A DNA stretch of 64,000 nt, taken from Phoronis australis. Taxonomy: Eukaryota; Animalia; Phoronida. Position numbers and translations under genes: made by a program. This document shows positions 28,301 to 40,300 of the stretch, in pieces; position 1 is the stretch's first letter; every line of letters starts with the position of its first letter. The stretch lies in contig NMRA01000275.1 of the NCBI GenBank assembly GCA_002633005.1, forward strand, positions 250,732 through 314,731. Reading direction: 5' to 3'. The notes below the pieces were generated by a model. That model was not told where the DNA came from, did not search any database, and saw nothing but the letters and a program-made list of their open reading frames with translations.

Positions 28301-31300
28301 TACCTCTATTTCTTTCACGTACACTACAACATATGTTGTTGGCATGATTTTTCTACCTGTTATGACAGATATTTTCCCGTGCACTATCCCAGATCCATAT
28401 GTCCCACTTTTACATTTTGTAATGTTGGCAGTTCATAGAGGGCGCCCGGTCGTATAACAAAAAATTCGGACAGTATTATAACATTGAAAGCAGTGTTGTG
28501 AATAAACAATACCTTGTCGAAAAAAATTACTTATAACGGACCTATCACAGTTTAGAGAGGTGGATGCTCATCCACCCTTCGGCCATGGCATTGTCACAGA
28601 AAATCACCACGTCATGCATGCTAGGCTCAAGAAACCATTGACATCGTTATTGACTATGCACTCTAGTGACCAAACAACAGCGCTCCCACATGAGTACGGC
28701 AACACACAAACTTTTTTTTGCCATGTTTTTGCCAGCATCTCTCTCATTGTGAGCCTAATAGTGACAAACATGTTATAGTGTGGACTTTTAGGAGATGGGC
28801 AGAAGAATTCAATACACACACGAATTGTGAATGGTTTCTAAAAGACAACAAAAACTCTTAATTTCCTTCATTTACCTATAGCTGTCTTTTCAATTCTCTC
28901 ACTTTTCTTTTTCCGTCTCCATTTCCAAGGTCGGAAAATCTTGCCTAGAAGTGCAAACCTGCTCTTCTTCTGAGGCATCACAGGTTTTACATCTCCATTC
29001 TTGGTTTTTTCTGAAAAAAAAACAAAAACATATAAATTATCTGCAGACACAGCAACCATTCAGATAATTCAAAAAGCAACTGTTACTCTGGTCAACGAAC
29101 TGCCACATGCTCCGTCCACCGATTAGCCCAATTAATTACCCAGTTATTTTTGACAACGTAATGACAAAATACAATTAGTTGCCACAATCTCAAACATGAA
29201 AGACATGGTTTCTTCAGTGACAGGTCCTTCGATTTACCGCAGAAAAACAGTAGACTTAATGAAACAATTTCGCATAACTAAGCCAAAGAATGTTGCCGTC
29301 TGATCTCAACATCAATCACATTCATCTTGATTGGTGTATTCAACACACCTGTTACCGGGTTTTGCTTACTTCTATGCAAATGGTCTTACCGATTTCTAAT
29401 TTTCTGCGTCAATTAGAGGAGGTGGGAGGAGGAGAGGAGAGGGGGGTTTGGTTATTCACTAATCCTTAGGGGTAATAAAACAATAATCCTCTCAGCCAAG
29501 ATTATAAACCCTGTTACTGATACTATTTGTTTTGTTATAAATGTACTTTTTTGCTAAATTTTACTAAAAAGACATAGTCACGTGACCCAATTAAAGACAG
29601 ACTGTAGTGTTCTCCATTACTGAAAACCCAGACATGTCAGAAGGGCACTAACTCCAACAAATGTGCTGGATGCAAGCAGCAGTCAACGTTCTCGATCTCT
29701 CTCGGTAGAGCACCAGGTTTACATTGTTACCCAATAGGCATTTATTCAAGTCCAATGGGGCTATGGCCAATTGCTGCTAAGCTTAATTAAAAGGAGTGAA
29801 TACATTCTTAAAGACAGAGTTCCCACAATAGAAATTTCAAGCTCAAGGTATTTTCATTTAACCTACTGACTTGGGAGGTCAGTAGTGAACACTTTCACAA
29901 CCTGGGACCATTCAAAATGTTTTCACTGTGCAGATGTTACGAGACGCTTTTTCAGTGACATTCTTCTGAGTAGACCAGTTGTTCTATTCAGTCACTAGGT
30001 GTCACCACAAAAAATGGAATTCTTTCCATGAAAGGATTCCATTTCTATTACTAACGACAATTCAATGGTTCTGATGTTCTTGTTGATAACGGTAAGGAAT
30101 ATTACATGACTAGTTTTATGATCACAGCAAAAGGCCAAATTTTGTTTTTCAGCTATACATATTAAAGCCTATCTTGAACAGTGATACCTGCAAATTTGGT
30201 TCTTACAGTATGTTAACAGCATTGCTCTGAGCTCCCTATAGTGCCATAAACTGCCAAATACAATGAAATGTTAGAGGTATTGGCTGACAATGCTTTTGTC
30301 TACAACACCAAGAGAACCACCTTTTAATTGAAGCAGCTGCTAATAACACCAGCACACAATGGTGTTCTATTCAGACCCCTATTCAATCAACTGTTTTTGG
30401 CCTTTCGTTGTTTGTGCTAGGATCTCATGGTGAGGCAACATGGCATATGAAAAGGCAGCTTCACCTATCATTTGACAGGCCCACACTTGCAAGATTAAAC
30501 TCAGTTTTCTTATTCTGCTTAGGTTTTGCTAGGATTACCTAGTTAGCCCAATACATCTAAAATAACAGAATTGTGTTAAAGTTAGGCTTTAAGTTAAAAT
30601 AGTGTGATTCCTTATATTTCCTTGGTTATATTTGACGCCACTACGTATGTCAATTCAATATTCAGTATATACAGTGAAAGTCTCAGTTACTTAGATAGGT
30701 AACTGTGGCCTATGCCTTAGATAAGAACAGTGCACATTGCACCACATTATTTGTACCTGTTATCGGGCCTTCAACAACAGGGTGTCCAGCGCATCCAAAT
30801 AGACACCCTGAATTACATTTTGACATCCCAGCATTTGGACACCTAACTAACTTAAGCTAAGAAGTCTAGATATCACTATAAAACNGCGCGATTTTAAACG
30901 GGAAGAGAAAAAGACGTGATTTTTTGCATGTAGATTCTTTGAAGTATAATCTTTCAAATGGCCTGTAACAATTTTTTTCTCAGACTTACCGTTTTCGAGT
31001 TATTAGACTTTGAATTTCTTAAAAAAACCCAAAATTTCATTTTTTTCGAAAAATTTACGGAATTAGACGATACCATCAGTTTATATAGAATTTTGAACGG
31101 GCTTTCAGAGGATGTTTTCCATTTTTCGCTAGAACGTCTACTTTTCGAGTTATTTTAGATTTTCTGATAACGCTGTTCCTTTGTTGAGCGCTCTTGCTGC
31201 ATTGATGTTGGTTTATCTTCTATGGAACCAGACTGTAGCCTATTTCTTATTGATTGATGACATCTAAGTTCATCATATGAATGTTGTGATGTTGTTCATC

Positions 31301-34300
31301 ATCGCCACCACCATCATCATATTCGTCATCATCATCTTCATCATCTCCGTCGTTGTCTTTTCCGTTAATTTCGCCAAGTGCCGCACAAGACTGTAGCCTT
31401 TTTCTTACTGATTTCGGACTTCTACGTTCGTCATGTGTATGTTATTAATACTTCTTTTGTTCACCATCGTCGTCATATTCGTCATCTTCGTCATCATCTT
31501 GATCGTCATCTTTTTGGTTAATTTCGCCAAGGTTCGCTCCTCGGAGCGCTTTCATTTGTACCTGTTATCGGGCCTTCAACAACAGGGTGTCCAGCGCATC
31601 CAAATAGACACCCTGAATTACATTTTGACATCCCAGCATTTGGACACCTAACTAACTTAAGCTAAGAAGTCTAGATATCACTATAAAACAGTAGCTCTAT
31701 GAGCTCATTGGCCTGTCCAGACATTACAAAGCTAGTTAAGACAATTTATGATGAAAGATGAGAGCAATAAACTTTATTGCAGACCCATGTCTTCACAGTA
31801 ACATACCACACTAAAGTCCCTTGCGTATACAGCCTACCCACGAACAACTTGCACAAGTGCAATTACCCCACTTTTAAGTCGAGTGTCCGTACACACACAT
31901 ATCCAATACCTAGTGTAAAGTCCCATTTAGACATCAACATTTGACCCGGCGCATGTGACACGGAGCAAATTGATCGATGTCAAGCAGCCGTTTACACACA
32001 CCTCACTAATTGTGGCAAGACGGAAGTTGTTGGAGAGTGGAATGCAAATGCACAGGTTTTCAAATAACGAGAATTGCAGAGACAGAAAACCTGTATGTAG
32101 GTCATTGTACAAGAGCAGTAGAGATGATCCTTTCCGCCTTGCCTCAGTTTCGCGTTTAGAAATATGATCGAGCACAAATTGCTCTCACTCACAATCGGGT
32201 GGCAAAAGTTGTCACTGCAGTGTCAGTTTACTTCGTGTCAGTCCCATTTACACTCCTACTTGTGCTGGAACATATCATTCCGTGTCAGCTGGTCCTTGTC
32301 AACTTTTGTAGTGTGAACGGCACTTTAGGCAATAATTGTTGCTCTGAGCATGACAATGAACACCTAATGCGTGCACCCAAAATAAAACCCATCTGTATGT
32401 AACCGCAGCTTATAATTACTTCTGCCTTGCCCCATGTTTGCAGCCTCACAAGAATTAAAAGTGTGCAAGTTACCCTAGAACAAGTTACCCTAATCGATAA
32501 GGTGGAGTAAGTTGTCACAATCATGGGGTAAGTTGCGCTAGTTTAAATAATGTCCAAACAGCACTCATACCCAGCGACAACTTGTTCCGAGGTAAGTCTG
32601 TGTGTGGACTGGCACTTAACAGCAATTTGACTAGCTGTCATGAAATCGCAGTCACCCTTCATTTGTCATGGATCCTCAAGAAATTGGGAAACCATTTTGG
32701 GCGCCTTATTTCTGAAATCCTGGATGAACCCCTGTTGTAATGGAGGCTTTTTTCTTGTTAGTGCCTTGGTAGCTGAGTCAGTGAAATTTATATCAAAACT
32801 GTGATCCTTTTGTTTATTCATCTAATTAATACAGGTAAATAGGGCTTTTTGGCAATTTTTAACTTGACGCACCAATAACCAAAATGTGCTTTGATCATTC
32901 AAACATGTCGCAACAGTGCTGGCAAACAGATTCCAGTGACACGTCAGTACAGGTCTTAGGAAACACTGGATTGTTATGAAGTCAACATTCTTTCTACTTT
33001 CAGAAAATATATACCTTTACAGAGTTAACTTCCATAGTTTTTTAGACATTTGACTAATGCACAGACTCATTGTTAACCGTAATTATAATTCACTTTACTT
33101 CATCTGGCCTAAGCAACAAAGGATTTAAAAATATGTTCTTTTAACCTAACTGTCCTTTATTTTTCAACTAATGACTGATACCAAGGTCAATACAGTATAT
33201 ATTGGCGGTAATCCTTCTCGTATCCATAATACATTAAAGACACGACTTTGTTCAGTTTTTAGAACTTTAATTTAGCATTGAGATGTAAACACAAGATCTC
33301 TTTTTAGAGAGTTTGAAAGAACCGAAATTGAACTCATACAAACTGAACAAAGTCAATGAACTATAATATGCACATATCAGTAAAACAAAAAGAATGTTCT
33401 AGGAGACCAATGCAACTGATCCACCTGCATGGCCTGCGTACATCTGGTACAAGGTGTACCAGACCGCCAGCAATTAGTTTTATAAGTGGACCTGAGGCCA
33501 TTATCACATTTTTGGAATCTGAAAACCAACATGTTGACCAAGTGCAAAAGTCAATAATTGTTTTATTATGGCACATTCACTTCAGTAATTCACATGGTCT
33601 TTTGATTGTATGTTAATAAAATGTTTGAGCAGACATTCTAGTGCAAAACAATCGACAAATGTTATTAGATTATATCAATGTGATTGCAAGGCTCATGTAT
33701 GCAGGCTGCACCTTTACACAATACACATGGTAGTATGAAGGTGGGATCTGCAGTGCCTCAATACAGGTTTGCATTCACCAGGTGGTTTGTATTTTACAGT
33801 TGTTTAAGAACAAAAAAGACAACAGAATCCCAATTCGGTGACACACAGGTGGCACAATGGCAAGTGGCTTACGAACGAGAAGACCACAGGATCAAATACC
33901 AATATTAGATCTGTACTTTTAATAATTCAAAAAAGATTTTAAAGGGAGTTAAAATCATGATACCATACCAGTTGTCAATATGAGCGTATTAGCATTCAAC
34001 ATTTGGAGAATTATTGACTTTTTATGTGACTTAATAACTTCATTATCTATTTAAAATCATACAATAATACAAAGTAGCACTGCAGATTTCACTCTTTATT
34101 AGGGGGTCCCTGGGTGAGACAATTTGGGTTCTCAAAAATACTGGAAACTCCCAGATTATCAGGCACCTCTGCCATATCACAAGAAGGGGATCAATAACAT
34201 GATATCAAACTTCATCCACAGCATAATCACATTGAATAGTACATTAACTTTCCTTGCTCAATACCTTTAAGCCAATGTCTGCAGTCTCTCCAAAGGACAA

Positions 34301-37300
34301 TTGGTGGACATTCAAAATAAACAATATTCAGTGGAGTAACATAAACAATTATCCCCAGAATTACAGGAGGCCCAGTATTATATTGCTCTAACTAAACACC
34401 TAAAGCAAGTGAACCACCATTGAAATCTGTTATATAAGAGGGGCTGGAGCCCGCTAAAAGACCTTGAGAGACTGGTGATTGAAATTTAATACCTGCTTTA
34501 AAACAGGTCCATAGCCACACAGTCTGGGGCTTTAATCAAAAGTTTGAATTAATTAAAAAAGACCAAGAAACTATGCCCGTTTGGAAAACCGAGTTTGGAA
34601 GTTAGATAAATATCATAGCTGTTAAAGTAGTAACCCATTAAATGTGTGAAACAGAATTACGATACTTAACAATCACTAAAGGTGACCAATTAGTCAAAGG
34701 TTTTGGCAACAATCAGCATCATAAACTTGAAGGCAAATTCTGCAGTGCGACACTGTTGTTTCGTTTCAGTCCTTTCGATAGTTAATGTCAACAAATATAC
34801 CATACTTCTGAAATTGCAGCAGGCTATTAAAAAGCGCCACTGACACAGTCATGTAACACTCCAAATCATTACTACGACAGTTTCCAGCACATTTAAATCC
34901 GAGAAGATGGTGATTGTAATATGACGAGTCAAATTGAATTTGGTTTCTCAAATACTGGAAAGGGGCTGATGTGTGTTTATCTTCAAGACTATGCAATTTT
35001 TGCTGTACCTGCAAAAACATTGTTGATTGATGACACTGAGTGACTAACTAAACACCATCGTTAATTGACTGAGCAAAAGTAGACTTATTCTGGATGACAC
35101 CAAGAGCAAAACCAAGACCATGACTCTTGGCAAATGCTCTTGAATGGAAAGTCTATCTTATACCCACCACACAAACGCATTGAAAACATTAGCAAATTCG
35201 ACTACAGAATCAATCTGACATATAAGGAACACATAATGCCTGAGTACAAACATTTCCTACAAAATTAACGTAGAAAATAAATCTGAAACTAAATAAGGCG
35301 ATCCAGATCCTCCCAAGGATACTATTGTTTCATGAAATGTAGAATACTAATAGGTAAATAAAATAACAAGAATGGGCTTCCATATATTAGGGCGATATTC
35401 ATACCTAGCAAAAATGGAAGTGAAATTCATCTTTATCCAGACTACAATTGTGCCACTTGTCATATGGACATACCTGTTGAACGAGGACTTAAAACGTAAC
35501 CCATAGTGATACCTCCAGGAAAAAACTACCCATGTAATTGTAGCCTACCGTACCTCCTGCCTAGCCCCAAGGGCTTTCCATTTGACATGCCCAGAGACAC
35601 AATGTTATTACCAGAATCATTGCCTGAGTCCTTGTGGAAGAATTTCTGGTTACTGACTCAGGTTTGATGGATTTGTAGCCTTTAGACAAATCTTGTCAAT
35701 ATTTATACTGTGTGGAGAACATAATCGGACAAGAATTAAAACAAAGTAAAAATATGGTGATCCGACAACCATTCCAATTTATAGTCGGTTACTCTGAACC
35801 AACACGAAAGAGAAAACGAGACCCAAATGTATACCAGAAAATACAAAATGGCACACAATCTCACCAGCATGTTCCCCCTCACCACTGGAGTAATTGTCAT
35901 CAGGCTTAACATTGTATCATGAGTCACTTATCACGAGTATCTAATTTATATATACAATGATTCATATTTATTTTTATCTATATTGCATTAACTACATATC
36001 TCCAAGAACACACTGGTTAAAGTTTATTGTTCAGTGTGTGTTTCATTTATGCAATAAATGCATAAAAAACTAAAGCTTCTCACTTTCTAAATCTGCAAAC
36101 AACAAAACTCATTTAATAATGTTTTGATATAGATCTCCAATTTTTTATTGCTTGTGACAGAGCATGTGGTAACTGAAAAAAATAAATTTCACACAAACTC
36201 CAAATTCTTTATAACAGAGCAAATTATTTTGGAGATAACATCAGGAAATTTGTAATTCTCATCAGCAATTGACATTTACTATGCATCAGTAGAGGGGAGG
36301 GCATGACAAAAAAGATCTAGCTTATTTTGCAGACGATTTTTCATACATTCATAGCTCAAACCATACAAGTACTTGACCAGATCTAGTGCTTAACACTGTA
36401 TCATTACACCTAAGTTCAGGACATCGTCTAGCAATGCTGACCTTTAAGGTTTCTTTGGGCCCTTACTACAAAAAGTCTGAATGGTCGTCCCTTTGAGCTA
36501 CATCCTCCCCCTGTCACCACAATTTTCGAGCTACCTTCGCCTTTCCTGCCAAAATTTTGATTTCCCCCTCAGAATCCTCAGTGAAGAATGTCTTAATTAG
36601 AAACAAACCTCAAAAAATATGCAGAATAAATAAGAGACGTTGAAGAAAGTAAGTATTTTTCTAATATTAATTTTTTGTTTGTTTCAATTTCATTTTATTT
36701 TGGCAAATTGCAAAATTCTGACTTTATTATACAGAAATATACAACAGACATCAGAAATATACAACAGACATCTGAAATACATAGAATTTAAATTAACAGT
36801 GAGAGGAGTTGAGTATAGAGTAGAAACAACCCTGCCACCCATCTGTGGGTTGATCACCATTAGTTACATAGCAGTAACAGCTTGAGTCACTTGAACCAAC
36901 ACATATTTCTCTCACGCACGCACGCAGGCATACACACACAAACCTGCACCATTTTAAGTAAAGTATAGTCGTCCCTTATTAATACCAGTTACTTCTAAAG
37001 CTCATAATTTGTTTAACAACTGGTGACTTAATATTCATAAAGTGATATTAAAGAAAAGAGGTATCCTTTTTTACATTTAAATAGATTGAGAGCAGGAATC
37101 AGTTCATTTAAGTAAGAAACCTACATGATTATCTGTATGAAGGCATTGTTACGTATCAGAACGATCTTTGCTTCACTTGTAACATCTTGTAAATTTCGAG
37201 TTAACAATATTGACATGATCAACAGAACTATGGGACTCTTAGAAATTCAAAAAATAAGTTGCAGAAAAATCTTCAGAAGCTGTACATAAAATTTATGTTG

Positions 37301-40300
37301 AAGATGTGCTATTTCAGTATCTTCAACCCTGATTTTCCATATGAAAAACAAATCCTCAGTTAACATAAAATTCCATTTTTTCTTTCGTTCTGTAAATTAA
37401 AAAATTCTGCTTTACTGGTTTAAAGTGGTAAACAGCATCAAAAGAGCAATGTAAAGTCCTGAAACAGGACTACACTACAAACAATCTGCTTCTAGAGGAG
37501 TTAACTGTAAAATATCACCAATTTCAGACAAAAAATAATTATAAAACACTTTTTCCATTTGTCAAGGGCTTCAAACATTCTTGTGAATACCCACAACATT
37601 TCAAAACTTTGTACAATGATAACTGTGGTGCAGAGATTGAATATGGAGAAGTATATAATTTTGGAGCAACACATATGTTTCATAAAAAATGGCAAAATAC
37701 AACATCACTTTTTGCCAATATTGCATTCAAAATTAGGATCATATAAATGGCCAGTAGATGGCGCAGAAAATTTTGAAACGGGAAGACATCACCATCTCCA
37801 TGATAGAAAACTATTACATGCCAAAATTCATAACAAGAGCAACGTTGAAATGCGCCCATGAATGCACCGCAAACAGTGTGCTTCTAGGGATGTTTATTTG
37901 TATCATAAAAATGGCCAATAGATGGCGCAAAAAACGTTAATCCATCCAAAAATGAGAACATGTCATCACTTCTTTAAAAGAAAGCTATTAGCCAAATTTC
38001 ATAAAAATCTTTCAAGGAACTTCAGAGAAACAAATGAAAATGGAAAAAATGACATTGCCACTAGGGGGCAAAGCGTTCGTTGGATTTGCCTGAAAGTCGT
38101 TGTTGTCTGTTGTTAGCTTCATATAAATACACTTACTAAATTTAATAAAAATGCTGCAGTGGGTTTAGGAGATACAGCTATGGGCGCAAAACATAACTAC
38201 CACTAGGAGGCGTCAAAGTTGTTATCGTCAACCGTCCTCTTCACACTGAGAGCATATACACAAATTTTCAAAATCATTCTTAGAATGGTTGATGAAGGGG
38301 TGATGCCAAAAACAAACACAAGAACAGCAAAAATAGCCACTAGGTGGTGCAAAATACCTCGATTCCATCCGAAAGCAGGAGGATAGCGTCATCTCACCAA
38401 CAGATGCCTATATTCCACATTTTATGAAAATCAGTTGAGGACCTTTGAAGATACAGACGTAAACGTAAAAACTTAAAATTGCCACTAGGGGGCAGACCGG
38501 TAGCCAGATCCGTCTGAAAGTTGTCGTCATCCGTTGTCAACATCATATAAATACACTTGCTAAATTTAATAAAGATGCTGCAAATGGTTTAGGAGATACA
38601 GCCATGGGCATACAAAATGCCACTAGGAAGCGCCACAGTAGTAGACTGAGTAGGAAAATCATCGTCAGCCGTCCTCTTCATAGTAAGAACATACAAGCCA
38701 ATTTTCACAATCATCCTTAAAGCAGTTTGACTCGAAAAAATGACCACTAGCACAAACAGGAGGATAACATCATATCACTCGTGCCTTTTTGTCAAATTTT
38801 ATGAAATATGTTGAGGCCCCAAAATCGAGGGATTGAGGGCCCTGACATCTCCGTACACTACTGACGAGACTGCAAACCTAGTCAGACTTCCAGCACATCC
38901 TTGTAATGGCATTCACAGTGCTCCCTTTTTCACCAGTGTTTACTATCATTGTATGCTAGAATATTCTAAAAGATAGAAATAAGCTCCAACTTGCCAAAGC
39001 TTAACTGTTTTTGAATTAACCAGGCAGTAATACCCTCATTCTGAAAGCTCAGCTGGTTTACCTACTATATTTCATACATGTCCACCGTTAAAGGAACTAC
39101 ATATTTGCTACGGATTTTTGCAATTTCTGTAGTGCTACGGCACAGTGCAAAAACCTACGTATTTACAATAATTACTATGCATTTTTGACGACGTTCGAAC
39201 TGAAATTTTCAAACCTTCGCTTTGGCTTTTACTGGAAATCTCAGTACGTGCAATGCATTTTGAGACTTGACCGTATTTTGACTCGTTTTTGTCAGTGGTA
39301 TGGTTTACTAATGTTTTTATACAAAAATCGCCATGGTTAGACTTAGAGCAAAAAACAGTGACCACCGTCTCTCGCCGACTCTGTATAGAAGGTGTAGCTC
39401 CTATAGGCATTTCATACGCCAGAAACTTTTTGGCAATTTATATCTCACACCGACTAAAACATCAAAGTCACATTGATATAAATACCTTATGTGCATAGAG
39501 GGACATATTAGGAGGCCGCTGAAGTCTTTAATTCCTTCTAGCTCGAACAAATACTCTCTTTTTCTTCGAGCAGTCCCTCGTTCAGTTCCCAAATCGGCAA
39601 CTGGCCATTTTTAACACTGCGCCTGGCAGGTGGTATGACGTCATGGTATGCGCAGCATAAAAATGGACAGTTACCGGTTTTGAGAACTGAACAAAGAAAA
39701 AGTTTGAGAACCGGAGTATTTGTAGGTAGGACAATCAAAAAATAGGTCACGGAGCTCCATATCTGCCTCCATGTAAAACCCACATTGGTAAATTACCCGA
39801 TTTCAGACTTCAAAGTTAACTAAAATACAACTTTTTTATTATAAATCATTACCTTGGTCCTTATTTGTAAGTTTTTAATCTTTTTATCACGAATAATCCT
39901 AGAACACAATTTTCCGCCATGCAATCAACTTTCAAAAAAGTGCCTCTTGTTCCTCCAATCCAAAAGAGTACTATACTCTCGATTACAAACATGAAATTTG
40001 GACAGGATGTAGTTTAGATGTGTGCGCACCTCCCCAACTACTTTACTCGAAGTTAAGGTCAAGTTTTTATGGTGAGTTTTTCGATCGTCCAAAAGGTCTA
40101 ATTTTGATCGGTTGGAAACTGATGTTTTTGCAGTTCCGCAATATGCCCCCCCTCCGATTTATAGATGAAGACTTAATCACTCTTTTAATTGATAATTATT
40201 TCATTTTCAGAAATTCTGTCAAACTGCTCAGCATTAGCACTTTTCAAACAGAAGTCGTTAGTTCACTAAATCGCCACATGTCAGCGCCACGAGCACTATG

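Noticed and set aside
31433-31651. Hydrophobic ORF resembling a transmembrane peptide
   Set aside because: Arises from (CAT/CGT)n low-complexity sequence within a repeat element.
38860-38892. ctgacga-gact...agtc hammerhead-like string
   Set aside because: Lacks the GAAA core after the stem.
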